DNA of 64,000 nt from the IMG/VR virus record IMGVR_UViG_3300025151_000017, positions 52,942 through 116,941 of that record; one strand, written 5' to 3'. Source of the DNA: a virus. Each line of letters starts with the position of its first letter. Positions within the stretch are counted from its first letter, which is position 1. Below, piece after piece: positions 19,351-28,908 of the stretch. The notes beneath the pieces were generated by a model. That model saw only the letters and a program-made list of their open reading frames with translations. It did no database searches and was not told where the DNA came from. The translations under genes and the position numbers were made by a program.

Positions 19351-20331
19351 ATGAGTAGTGGTAATAATGGTCCAGTGGACATTCCCCAAACTGATGAAGA
19401 ATGGGATAAATTAATCGCTGAAGGACAGCGAAATGCAGAAGAGTTAGAACAGCAAATGGGTCAAGACCCATATGTTTCTGGCTTGACAAAACCTACAGAA
19501 CCAAATCCTAGTGTAAACCCATACAGCTCAGATCCTAATGCACCTTTACCAGAAGGTGTAAAGAAAAAAGTTATGGGTATGATGATTCCTACAAGGGAGA
19601 AACAGCTTGAGGATTATGAGAAGTATAAGGAAGCAACTGCTAAAACTACTGACCAAGAAAAAGTAAGTTGGGCGATTGAACAAATCAATGCAAGTAGTTT
19701 TGAAAGCGACCTAGATGGTGCTCAAGAATGGCTAAAAGAAAACAAGCAGGAAATGGATGAGACAAAAAGACTTACCATTACTGAAGGACAAGCTGTTCAG
19801 GTACACTTTGTTAAACAAATATCTGAAGAAGAGTTTGAGAAAAAAATTATTGAAGGACTTGCTGAGATTAAACAGCTAGAAGTATCTGAGATTATGGAAG
19901 CTGGTGGTATGGATGCCCACCTCGTAAGAGATCTAGATATTGACTCACTTGATGCAATCGAACTGATTATGGATGCTGAGGATATGCTTGGTGCCCAGAT
20001 CGAAAATACTGAGATTATGTGGGTCAAAACTCTTAGAGATATCTTCGAAGTAATTAAGTATAAAATCGAGAATGATAATATGCCTTATCCTATCCCTGAT
20101 TTTGACGAAGAAGATATTATCTTTAGACCACAAACTAATAATGTTGATGGTGTAGAGGTACATCAAGGCAACTCTGCTTATAAACAATTTATGGCAGGTG
20201 CTGGGGAAAGGAAAGAAATCGAAGGAGATATCGATGCTTTCCTTGAAGAAGAGGAAGAAAGGGAACGCAAAATGCGTGAACTTTTAGATGAAGACGACGA
20301 TGACCTATCTGTAGGGCATAATAAGTCTTAA
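19351..20331 (+). CDS. Acidic protein with an internal acyl carrier protein domain
   Basis: LVRDLDIDSLDAIELIMDAEDMLGAQI...VKTLRDIFEVI. The phosphopantetheine-site Ser codon is at 19945-19947. Confidence 0.8.
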   Translation: MSSGNNGPVDIPQTDEEWDKLIAEGQRNAEELEQQMGQDPYVSGLTKPTEPNPSVNPYSSDPNAPLPEGVKKKVMGMMIPTREKQLEDYEKYKEATAKTTDQEKVSWAIEQINASSFESDLDGAQEWLKENKQEMDETKRLTITEGQAVQVHFVKQISEEEFEKKIIEGLAEIKQLEVSEIMEAGGMDAHLVRDLDIDSLDAIELIMDAEDMLGAQIENTEIMWVKTLRDIFEVIKYKIENDNMPYPIPDFDEEDIIFRPQTNNVDGVEVHQGNSAYKQFMAGAGERKEIEGDIDAFLEEEEERERKMRELLDEDDDDLSVGHNKS

Positions 20332-20386
20332 ATAGAAGTTAAAAACTAACTAAATAATAGTAAATTAATCAATGAAGGAGATTAAA

Positions 20387-20647
20387 ATGACTAATGAAAA
20401 TGAAGAAGTGGCTGTAGAGAATGAAACTCCAGAAGCTACTCAGGAAACTGAAGCACCTGTAGAACAAGAAGCTCAAGCTGAAGTACCAGCTGAAGCACCT
20501 GCCGAAGCACCTGCTGAAGAAGCACCAGAAGCAGAAGCAAAAGCTGAGGAAACTCCTGCAGAGGAGACTCCAGCAGAAGAGCCGAAAAGTTATACAGATA
20601 GACTAAGAGATGCTGCAGTAAATGAGTTAGACCAACTTATTAAGTAA
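20387..20647 (+). CDS. Low-complexity E/A/P-rich protein
   Basis: AAGGAG RBS and EAPA repeats. CTAAATA late-type motif near 20350. Confidence 0.7.
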   Translation: MTNENEEVAVENETPEATQETEAPVEQEAQAEVPAEAPAEAPAEEAPEAEAKAEETPAEETPAEEPKSYTDRLRDAAVNELDQLIK

Positions 20648-20658
20648 AGGGTACTACC

Positions 20659-22617
20659 ATGTCAGAAGTTTTAGGTTATCAAGAATTTATGGAAGCTATG
20701 GATGCAGTAAATCCAAAAGCTGTGAAGAAAAAATTCAAAGATAGAAAAGATAAAGATATCGACAACGATGGCGATGTCGATGCTTCTGACAAGTATCTTC
20801 ATAAAAGACGCAAAGCTGTTTCTAAAGCTGTGAAGTCTGATGAGTCTTATGGCTCAACAGGTAATTTTAGCAGACCTATGTCCTCTGCTGAAAGAGCAAA
20901 AGAAATGCAAAAAAAAGCTGACCAAATAAAAAAGAAAGCACAATCTGCAGTTAAAAAAGCCAAAGGTCTCACAATGGGTGAAGACATGGAAGAGGGTGCA
21001 TTTTATGGTCGTGACGACCTAGTTAAAAAGTTTAAAACTAAAAACCCAAAAGACTTTATAAGATTAAGTAAAACAGTCATGACTAAAGATGGCAAACCTG
21101 GAGGAACAGAAACTGTCAGCATGAAAAGGAAAGGCAACGAGGATAAGATTGCCAAGTACAAAAAGGATGGATATAAAGAAGTACCTATGGAATCGTACGA
21201 AGTAGAGTTCCATTCTATGCTAGACGAAAACACAGGTGTAGCAAACAAAGCTAAGAAGTCTGGTATTCCTAAAGGTATATTAATGCAGGTTTATAGAAGA
21301 GGAATGGCTGCATATGGTACAGGGCATCGTCCTGGTGCGTCACAAGCACAATGGGCAATGGCTCGTGTAAATTCTTTTATTGGTAAAGGTAAAGGAACTT
21401 GGGGTGGTGCTGATAAAGATCTCGCAGCAAAAGCAAGAGAATCTATGAAGAAAGAATCGCTTGATGAAGAAATGCCAGCATCATTTAAAGCCATGCTTAT
21501 CCAAAGAGATAAAATGAAAAAATTAGGTCAGAATATTGATGCTATTAATGCTAAAATTAAAAAAGCCAGAGCAGATGCTATGAGAATGACCTTCAATAAA
21601 GAAGAAGTAGTGATATTTGAAGATGCAAAAGATGTATTAAAAAGAATGCGTCAAACAAGAGACAACTTGAAAAGACAAGGAAACTCTGCTGGACTTGCTG
21701 CAATCGAGTTAAGAATTAAAAAGTTTAAAGACTCTATGAGTAAAGAATCAATTGATGAGAAGGGTCCTGGACTGTATGCAAATATAAATGCTAAAAGAAA
21801 ACGAGGAGAAAAAATGCGTAAAAAAGGAGAGAAGGGTGCACCTTCAGCACAAGATTTCGAAAATGCCAAAAAGACTGCTCGTGAAGAAAGAGAACTATGT
21901 CACTCTAAAGACCACGACTGTGCTACTGTCGTAGAACACATCGTATGGGGATTCGGAAAGCCAGTATATGAAAGTCACGCAATACCAACTGACGATGGCT
22001 ATGTATCATGGTATGATGTAGAATTCGAACATGGTATTGAAAGAGAAGTACCAACAGAAGATTTAAAAATTTATACTACTGAAGCACATGATATGAAAAC
22101 TTTAAACAAAGGTAAAAAGAAACCTAAGTCTAAAGATAAAGCTGAGCCAGTAAAAGAAGAAGATAAAGAACCAGCATATGTAAGAAATAAAAATCATTAC
22201 AAAGATAGTGCAAGAGTTAAATCTAATCTTGCTAAAGCTAAAGATAAAATGGCTCAATTTGGACGAGGAAGTAAGTATTCAGACTCTGAAATATCAAGAG
22301 CAGTAGATATTGCTAAGAAAATGGCAGGTGGTAATTACACAGGTGCTTACAAAAAAATCGAAGGAATTAAAAAAGGATTAGCACAACAAGGTAAAGTAAA
22401 ATATGCCTTGAAGAAAGCTGCAGAAAGTTTTGAGACCTGGAAAGGTCTATCTATATCAGAAGTAAATGATGTCCTAGTTGACATGGTTTCTTCTGCCCAA
22501 GACTACATTAAGCTGGTGGAAGATGGAGACTTAAAGTCCGTCGACGAGCCAGAAGTTGAGATAGCCAAAGGGATGCCCTTATCATTTAAACAATTTCAAT
22601 CTAAAATAGGAGACTAA
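20659..22617 (+). CDS. Charged mosaic protein, putative head internal protein
   Basis: DIDNDGDVDASD, VYRRGMAAY..GHRPGASQAQWAMARVNSF, GLYANINAKRKRG and WYDVEFEHGIE modules. Confidence 0.65.
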   Translation: MSEVLGYQEFMEAMDAVNPKAVKKKFKDRKDKDIDNDGDVDASDKYLHKRRKAVSKAVKSDESYGSTGNFSRPMSSAERAKEMQKKADQIKKKAQSAVKKAKGLTMGEDMEEGAFYGRDDLVKKFKTKNPKDFIRLSKTVMTKDGKPGGTETVSMKRKGNEDKIAKYKKDGYKEVPMESYEVEFHSMLDENTGVANKAKKSGIPKGILMQVYRRGMAAYGTGHRPGASQAQWAMARVNSFIGKGKGTWGGADKDLAAKARESMKKESLDEEMPASFKAMLIQRDKMKKLGQNIDAINAKIKKARADAMRMTFNKEEVVIFEDAKDVLKRMRQTRDNLKRQGNSAGLAAIELRIKKFKDSMSKESIDEKGPGLYANINAKRKRGEKMRKKGEKGAPSAQDFENAKKTAREERELCHSKDHDCATVVEHIVWGFGKPVYESHAIPTDDGYVSWYDVEFEHGIEREVPTEDLKIYTTEAHDMKTLNKGKKKPKSKDKAEPVKEEDKEPAYVRNKNHYKDSARVKSNLAKAKDKMAQFGRGSKYSDSEISRAVDIAKKMAGGNYTGAYKKIEGIKKGLAQQGKVKYALKKAAESFETWKGLSISEVNDVLVDMVSSAQDYIKLVEDGDLKSVDEPEVEIAKGMPLSFKQFQSKIGD

Positions 22618-22618
22618 T

Positions 22619-23734
22619 ATGGCAATGTGGGGAGACTCTGATTCACATGTGAATCGACCAAACTGGCTAGAAGTTGGGCAAATCAAAAAAGTTAATATAA
22701 CTACTTTAGGAAGTGGATATGGTTCCGCTCCTTCAGTCACGATTGCTGCTCCAGCATCTGGTACTCAAGCTACAGGAACTGGTGTATTATCTGGTTCAAC
22801 TTTAGCTTCCGTGACTATTACCGATCCTGGTGATGGATATGTAGCAGGAGATGCTGCTGGTGTGACTATTGCTGCACCAACATCTAATACTGTTGCTACT
22901 TCTGCTGTCACAGTAGGAACTGACACAGTCACAACTGGAACGCACAACTTAAATACTGGCGATCCAGTAATCTATGCTAATGGTGGTGGTACTGATATCA
23001 CTGGATTAACTGGTGGTACTACTTATTATGCAATTAAAGTAGATGCTACAAACATCAAATTAGCAACTAACATTACTAATGCCGAAGCTGGTACTGCAAT
23101 CGATCTTACTGGCACAGGTAATAACTCACAAACCTTCTCTGGTGTACAAGCTGTAGGAAGTGTTGTAAAAGCTGCAAACAAATATGCTGCTGCGGACATT
23201 ATGTTCGTTGACACTGACGAAGCACAACTTGCTCAAAACAAAGCAAGAGGTATCACTGGTGCTGGTTGGTGGACTCTGAAATCTGGTAGACAGGATTCAG
23301 ATGGGAATACAAGATACGAAGCTGAATGTATCGTAGCTATGGCTCGTACTGCTGCTCAAGCTGGTGACGATGCTGCCGATGACGCAATGGTGTCTGATGC
23401 TGCAAACTCATTTGCTATTACAGTACAACCTGCTGCTGCAACTACATCAAGTGGAAACGCAACATTTACTTTAACAACTGGTTCAGTAGTTGGAACTATC
23501 GGAGCACTTAACTATAAGTGGCAAAGACAAACTGCTAACGGAACTCGTTGGACTGACATCAGTGGTTCTACCGATGGTGGTATCTACTCAGACTTCGCTA
23601 CTGCGACTCTAGCAGTTGCTGGTGTGACTGACACTACTCATGATGGTAAGAAGTACCGAGTCAAAGTAAACAGTGCTAATGGTGCACCAGAGCAAGTCTC
23701 TGATGGTGTAGCTACACTTACTTTCGGATCTTAA
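22619..23734 (+). CDS. Virion structural/decoration protein with C-terminal Ig-like domain
   Basis: MAMWG start, G/T/A-rich beta content, and ITVQP...YKWQ...W..I.G....TL.V...DGKKYRV. Confidence 0.7.
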   Translation: MAMWGDSDSHVNRPNWLEVGQIKKVNITTLGSGYGSAPSVTIAAPASGTQATGTGVLSGSTLASVTITDPGDGYVAGDAAGVTIAAPTSNTVATSAVTVGTDTVTTGTHNLNTGDPVIYANGGGTDITGLTGGTTYYAIKVDATNIKLATNITNAEAGTAIDLTGTGNNSQTFSGVQAVGSVVKAANKYAAADIMFVDTDEAQLAQNKARGITGAGWWTLKSGRQDSDGNTRYEAECIVAMARTAAQAGDDAADDAMVSDAANSFAITVQPAAATTSSGNATFTLTTGSVVGTIGALNYKWQRQTANGTRWTDISGSTDGGIYSDFATATLAVAGVTDTTHDGKKYRVKVNSANGAPEQVSDGVATLTFGS

Positions 23735-23762
23735 TAACCGAATAACATAAACCTAGAACTGT

Positions 23763-23790
23763 GGGAGGGTTGTAACAAACCCTCCCTATT
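23763..23790 (+). terminator. Rho-independent terminator-like hairpin
   Basis: GGGAGGGTT-gtaaca-AACCCTCCC followed by TATT. Confidence 0.65.
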
Positions 23791-23817
23791 CTGCAAATAT
23801 AAAATAGGAGTAAAATT

Positions 23818-24414
23818 ATGGCAGACCAAAAAATATCAGAACTAGTCGCAGCAACCTCTGCTGCAGGTGCCGACCTTTTAAACATCGTACAAGGTGGCTC
23901 CAACAAAAAACTTACAGTCGCAAATCTATTCGCAAACTTAGACACTCCAGTTATTATTAACGAATCTGGTGGTGACCAAGATACTCGTATCGAAGGATTA
24001 AACGACAACAATCTATTATATGTAGACGCATCTACCGACAGAGTTGGTGTAGGTGTTGCTACTCCTTCCCAAAAGCTAGATGTAAATGGTGATGTAGCTA
24101 TTAGTGGTGGTTCTTTATACCTATCACAAACTGCTCAGTCATCAACTGGTACATCTACTGCTGACTTAACCAAAGCTGTGACAGAACTTACTTTATCATC
24201 TGGTTCAGATGCTGCGTCACTTGCTAATGGTACAGTGGGACAAATTAAAATTTTTGTAGTAGTTGGTGGTTCAGGATCTTGTGTCCTTACACCTACAACA
24301 CTAAATGGTGGAACTACTATTACATTTAATGCAGTTGGTGACGCAGTCACTTTACTGTATGTTGCAACTGTAGGATGGACTGTTATAGGTTCAAACTCTG
24401 TAGTTGTAGCTTAA
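23818..24414 (+). CDS. Fibre-like virion protein
   Basis: MADQKISEL start and RVGVGVATPSQKLDVNG repeat typical of phage fibres. Confidence 0.7.
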   Translation: MADQKISELVAATSAAGADLLNIVQGGSNKKLTVANLFANLDTPVIINESGGDQDTRIEGLNDNNLLYVDASTDRVGVGVATPSQKLDVNGDVAISGGSLYLSQTAQSSTGTSTADLTKAVTELTLSSGSDAASLANGTVGQIKIFVVVGGSGSCVLTPTTLNGGTTITFNAVGDAVTLLYVATVGWTVIGSNSVVVA

Positions 24415-24436
24415 TATATTATTTTAGGAGATAATT

Positions 24437-24646
24437 ATGGCAGATTATGATGTTAATGCGAAACTTGATGCGTATAGACAATCTATGAAAAAGAAAGAAG
24501 AGATTCTATCGCAATTACAACAAGGTGTAGTTAATACACAGGCTGAGATACATATGCTTACTGGAGCAATACAAGCACTAGAAGATATTGTAAATACACC
24601 TGTAGAAACTAAGAAGAGTAATGATAAAAAAGCTGACAGAAAATAA
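24437..24646 (+). CDS. Small coiled-coil protein (fibre-chaperone-like)
   Basis: AGGAG RBS; L.GAIQALE. Confidence 0.55.
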   Translation: MADYDVNAKLDAYRQSMKKKEEILSQLQQGVVNTQAEIHMLTGAIQALEDIVNTPVETKKSNDKKADRK

Positions 24647-24998
24647 TTTTCTTCAGTTCGCTCTTAATAATTATGATAACCCTTCTTGTGCTACACTAGA
24701 AGAGTTTGAGGATGATTTAAAAAAGTTTTTATATCTTAACAAATTATTGCAAAGATATACTAAAAACAAAGATCTTAGAGAAAGGTTAATTTTAAATCAT
24801 ATAATTGTAATTTATAATTTATGGGGAGATGCTGCAACTGAAATGCTCTTCCATAAGGTGGACGAAGAACACTGGAGTGCACTTATTGTATTCCTGACTT
24901 ATCTAGGAAGACTACCAGTCTACATTCCTGGGACAACGACTCGTTCCACAAGTTTAGAACATGATGAAAAGATCGTGGAGATACTAAGAGAAATATGA
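24621..24998 (+). CDS. Conserved T4-like hypothetical protein
   Basis: YDNPSC...EF.DDL and RLILNHII..YN. Confidence 0.7.
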   Translation: MIKKLTENNFLQFALNNYDNPSCATLEEFEDDLKKFLYLNKLLQRYTKNKDLRERLILNHIIVIYNLWGDAATEMLFHKVDEEHWSALIVFLTYLGRLPVYIPGTTTRSTSLEHDEKIVEILREI

Positions 24999-25870
24999 GT
25001 AGAACAGTAGATAACATTATTGCTTATAGAATTATTTCTATGTTAGTAAAACCTTTTAAAGATACTGATGCTTTTAAGGAAGGTATCATTGATGAGAAAG
25101 GTAAAATTTTAAAGAAGGCAACTAAGCTGACTACAACTAAAGAGAAGAATGCTTATACCTTTTTACATAGATTAGTTTTTAAATTAAAGCAATTCGTAGA
25201 AAAGGTGCCAGGAGGTAAATCTCGACTTGGCTCACTTGCTGCTGCATATTATCTTATCAGGGAAGCATATGAAGGACAAGAGTCTGTACATATACTAGAA
25301 GAAAAGTATAACGATCTCATGGCTAAAGATATCTCCTTACTCGAAGAAGAATTACTAGTAGAAGAAGTCATAGAACATCTCTACTGGAATATGTTTAATA
25401 TAGAAGCAAAGTCGCCTGCACAACAGGCAGCAATCGCTATATCTATGAAGAAAGCTGGTAAGAAACCTAAAAACCAGAAGGATGAAGCAGTTGCTGCAAA
25501 CTCAGTTGCAGGTGGGGGAGTGGATTTATCCCCAACAGTTAGAATGAAAAAGGGCAGAAAGTTTGCTACATTTAATGTTAGCGATGATGTTCTTAAGAAG
25601 TTTAAATCAGGGAAAAAGAAATATTCTAAATGGAAAGAGTATTTGAATATGGAAGATGACGCAGAACAAGCCATATACAACTATGCTCGTAAAAATCCTA
25701 GAGGTGTTATCATCTTACAAAACAAAGCTGGTGACACTAAAGCAATTAGATTCAACAGAAATGGTGGAGGAAGTTGGAGACATATCAAGAGACCAGTAAG
25801 CAGGTCGGTTGGTAAAAGTACCATGCCTGGAATGGCTCAAGATATTGTAGTCTCAACTACAACAATATAA
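24995..25870 (+). CDS. Conserved T4-like hypothetical protein
   Basis: AF..GIIDEKG, YT.LHRLVF.LK and ARKNP...IILQ. Confidence 0.65.
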   Translation: MSRTVDNIIAYRIISMLVKPFKDTDAFKEGIIDEKGKILKKATKLTTTKEKNAYTFLHRLVFKLKQFVEKVPGGKSRLGSLAAAYYLIREAYEGQESVHILEEKYNDLMAKDISLLEEELLVEEVIEHLYWNMFNIEAKSPAQQAAIAISMKKAGKKPKNQKDEAVAANSVAGGGVDLSPTVRMKKGRKFATFNVSDDVLKKFKSGKKKYSKWKEYLNMEDDAEQAIYNYARKNPRGVIILQNKAGDTKAIRFNRNGGGSWRHIKRPVSRSVGKSTMPGMAQDIVVSTTTI

Positions 25871-26487
25871 TGTTTTCATTAATTACTATACTTGGGTGGA
25901 TACCCACTTCAATTTATTTTGGTATAACAGCAGTTGGTTTGATAGGACTCGTTGTAGTTTCTATTTTACCACTAGTTCCTAAAAGCTGGGGATTAGTATT
26001 TGGTTTGTTATTTGGACTAGGATCGTTCCTATTAGGTGCTGTCTGGACAAGTGGTCCAATCATCGAAGAACTAAATAATATGAAAGAAGAAATGAAACTT
26101 ATTGAAGCTGAAGCCGAGAAAGTTTCTAATGAAATAGCGACTGAGTTTGAATCAGATAGCAACAGAATAACCAGTAATGGAAATAAAATTAGTGAGAAGG
26201 TCAATGAATTACTTAATGAAAATGATGATGCTCAGTGTAGCCTGCCTGACAGTGTTAGCTTGCTCCACGACAGTGCCATTAAAAATGAAGTTCCCGACAC
26301 CACCAGAAGTGTTGATGGAGGAGGGAGCCAAGATGGAGACGATAGAGGAGAGGAAAAACTCAGACTCTCAGAATTAACAACTATAACTGTAGATAACTAC
26401 ACCTCTTGTAATGAAGTAAGAAGACAATTACAACAATTACAAAGATGGGTCGGAGAAATGCAAAGAGTACACAACTATGGCGAGTGA
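25870..26487 (+). CDS. Inner-membrane spanin (Rz-like)
   Basis: N-terminal TM segments, coiled coil and QCSLPDS..LLHD.A. Contains an embedded lipoprotein ORF. Confidence 0.65.
   Translation: MFSLITILGWIPTSIYFGITAVGLIGLVVVSILPLVPKSWGLVFGLLFGLGSFLLGAVWTSGPIIEELNNMKEEMKLIEAEAEKVSNEIATEFESDSNRITSNGNKISEKVNELLNENDDAQCSLPDSVSLLHDSAIKNEVPDTTRSVDGGGSQDGDDRGEEKLRLSELTTITVDNYTSCNEVRRQLQQLQRWVGEMQRVHNYGE
26222..26377 (+). CDS. Embedded outer-membrane spanin lipoprotein (Rz1-like)
   Basis: +1 frame inside the Rz-like gene. Lipobox VLAC is followed by Pro-rich STTVPLKMKFPTPPEVLME. Start uncertain. Confidence 0.6.
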   Translation: MMMLSVACLTVLACSTTVPLKMKFPTPPEVLMEEGAKMETIEERKNSDSQN

Positions 26488-26893
26488 AGTCGAAATAGCT
26501 AAGAACCAAGTAGAGATATCTAATCTGAAGAGCGATATTCAGAAGATTGATACCTCTATAGAAAAGATAGGGGAAGCAACTTCTCAGATATCTAAGTTGT
26601 TAGCTGTACACGATAATCGTCTAGATGCTGGTGAACAGGCTGACGAAGAAATAAAGAAAGATATTAAAGTCCTACACCAGAGAATTACCGAAGGAGCCAA
26701 AGAAGTAGTTAGTGCTATTCATGCTACTGAGAAATCTATTAATGAAACAGCTTCTATACAGCATGCCCAGATGAACGAAGAGATGGGTAAGATAGGCGAT
26801 AGGGTAGCTGGTTTAGAGAAATATAAGTGGTATGTGATGGGCATAATTGCTACAATAGCAGGAGTTGCAGGAGTTCTTGGCTATTTCATGTAG
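26477..26893 (+). CDS. Coiled-coil protein with C-terminal TM (possible holin/lysis-associated)
   Basis: LAVHDNRL and LEKYKWYVMG, then a TM segment. Follows the spanins. Confidence 0.5.
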   Translation: MASEVEIAKNQVEISNLKSDIQKIDTSIEKIGEATSQISKLLAVHDNRLDAGEQADEEIKKDIKVLHQRITEGAKEVVSAIHATEKSINETASIQHAQMNEEMGKIGDRVAGLEKYKWYVMGIIATIAGVAGVLGYFM

Positions 26894-26895
26894 AC

Positions 26896-26924
26896 TTTAC
26901 TTTTAAGTTTTTTTTATATAGAAT
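26896..26924 (+). promoter_or_regulatory. Promoter TTTACT-N17-TAGAAT for the primase
   Basis: -10 box at 26919-26924 and ATG at 26931. Confidence 0.8.
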
Positions 26925-26930
26925 TATATT

Positions 26931-27938
26931 ATGATTTATGTGGATGCTAAATTTGCTAGTATGCTCGCACCTCGTGTGAGAAACTTTAAACAACAGAAAG
27001 ATTATCTGTGGAATTTCAGTTGCCCACTCTGTGGCGACTCCAAAAAGAATCAATCAAAAGCCAGAGGATATATTTATCGTAAAGAGAGTTCTCTCTTCTA
27101 CAAGTGCCACAACTGTCAAGCTGGTACAAGTCTCGGCAATCTACTAAAACAAGTTGACCAACGCATGTATAATGAGTACTCGCTAGAAAAGTTTGGCAGT
27201 ACTAATAATAAGCATGTGAATGACAAACCAGATCTAGAAATCTTCAAGACTGATACTATACCTGTGAAAAAATTAAATGCAAACCCAGTATCAGAACTTG
27301 CAGATAACCACCCAATAAAGCAGTTCTTGTTGCTTCGCCACATAAATCAAGAGCTTCATGAACATTTTTATTGGGTGGCACAGTTTAAACATTGGGTGAA
27401 TGAAAATATTGCAATGAACTTTCATAATATCAAAAAGGATGAGCCAAGACTTGTCATACCTTTTTATAATGAAGAGAAAGAATTAATTGCTATACAAGGT
27501 AGAGCATTCGGAAATGAAACACCTAAGTATTATACACTGAAAACAAATGAGAAGAACCATAAAGTATATGGTCTTGACCGAGTTGATGGTAGAAAATGGG
27601 TTTATGTGACAGAAGGTCCAATAGATTCTTTGTTCTTAGATAATGCTATCGCAGTTGCTGGTGCTGAGTTTCATTTACCACAAGTCAGACAGTTTAAAGA
27701 TAACTGTACTATCGTGTTTGATAACGAGCCAAGAAACCCTGCTCTCGTAAAACAGGTTGAGAAAATGATTAAACATGGTTTTCATGTTTGTTTATGGAAT
27801 GATAGTATAAAAGAAAAAGATATTAATGATATGATAATCGCTGGTAAAACTCCCCTGACAATACAAACATTAATAAGTCATAACACTGTACAGGGTGTAG
27901 ATGCCGAACTTAAATTTAATACATGGAGAAAATGCTAA
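26931..27938 (+). CDS. 61: DNA primase gp61
   Basis: CPLCGDS...YKCHNC zinc finger, RLVIPF, QGR, VTEGPIDS, FDNEPRN and KDIND. Confidence 0.95.
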   Translation: MIYVDAKFASMLAPRVRNFKQQKDYLWNFSCPLCGDSKKNQSKARGYIYRKESSLFYKCHNCQAGTSLGNLLKQVDQRMYNEYSLEKFGSTNNKHVNDKPDLEIFKTDTIPVKKLNANPVSELADNHPIKQFLLLRHINQELHEHFYWVAQFKHWVNENIAMNFHNIKKDEPRLVIPFYNEEKELIAIQGRAFGNETPKYYTLKTNEKNHKVYGLDRVDGRKWVYVTEGPIDSLFLDNAIAVAGAEFHLPQVRQFKDNCTIVFDNEPRNPALVKQVEKMIKHGFHVCLWNDSIKEKDINDMIIAGKTPLTIQTLISHNTVQGVDAELKFNTWRKC

Positions 27939-28462
27939 TGAGTGATGTACCAAAACTAGATCTTAGTGATGTGCCTTTTGATAGAGCCGACTTACTAAAA
28001 GACTATGTACATAATGTAGAGATTACTGAAGAACTAGTTAGAAACTTCTGTAAAATTATTCAAGACGATAACCCATTACACTTCGGAGATGAAGAAGGTA
28101 ATGTAATGCCAGGAGCATTGATGATATCATTGCTCTATTCTAATCCTGTTCCTGGATTTTTTATTAGAAATTTTAAAATTAATTTCTTAGCACCAATACA
28201 CTTTCCTACAACAGTAAGAGTATATCGTAAAGTATGGAAAGCTACTGACCGAAAAGCAGGTGAACTCGGAGATGGTATCTTCGCTATCAAAGATCTAAGC
28301 GATGGTATTATAAAAGCCAAAGGCAGTGGGCAAGTATTTAGACCGACCAAAAGATTAATGGAAACATTTGAACAAGGTGTTGACAGAAACTTTTTTAAAC
28401 AAAGCGACCCAAACTTTGAAAGGAAGCACTGGGTCAATCCCGAAGGGAAGGAGATAAAATGA
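27938..28462 (+). CDS. MaoC-like hot-dog (R)-hydratase/dehydratase
   Basis: F..I..DDNPLH...PGAL and F.API.F. Confidence 0.7.
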   Translation: MSDVPKLDLSDVPFDRADLLKDYVHNVEITEELVRNFCKIIQDDNPLHFGDEEGNVMPGALMISLLYSNPVPGFFIRNFKINFLAPIHFPTTVRVYRKVWKATDRKAGELGDGIFAIKDLSDGIIKAKGSGQVFRPTKRLMETFEQGVDRNFFKQSDPNFERKHWVNPEGKEIK

Positions 28463-28908
28463 GTGATGATATAAAAGAAGGCATGGAAAATGATGAAGAG
28501 CCAAAGATCGTAGATCTGAATGAGTATGCTGCCAAGAAATGGGATGAAGCAAGAGAAGAAGATCTGCGTAAGATGCAAGAGTATGAACAGAATTATATTC
28601 TTACTCCTTTATGGGAAGCACTAACAAACATTAAATCATCTCGTCAGGCAATCAATGCTGCGATGGGTATGCTAATTACTGCGAAAGATATTCTTGTACT
28701 CGAACTAGGTAAAGAAGATGCAAGGCGAACAGTCGGCTCAATGAACTATGATGTTATTGACTTAGTAAGTATTGAAAAGAGGGATGGTAATGCTCAAGGC
28801 ACTGGATATGATTTACAGCCAGTCGATGAGTCCTATCCAGCACCAGATAATGATAATGTGACACCACTAAAGTCAGTAGAGGATGATGATGAAAAAGACA
28901 AGGATTGA
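28459..28908 (+). CDS. Hypothetical protein
   Basis: AAGGAG RBS and ATGA coupling. Confidence 0.65.
   Translation: MSDDIKEGMENDEEPKIVDLNEYAAKKWDEAREEDLRKMQEYEQNYILTPLWEALTNIKSSRQAINAAMGMLITAKDILVLELGKEDARRTVGSMNYDVIDLVSIEKRDGNAQGTGYDLQPVDESYPAPDNDNVTPLKSVEDDDEKDKD

Noticed and set aside
20400-20585. GAAGCACC tandem-like repeats as a DNA repeat element
   Set aside because: They reflect low-complexity E-A-P coding with synonymous variation.
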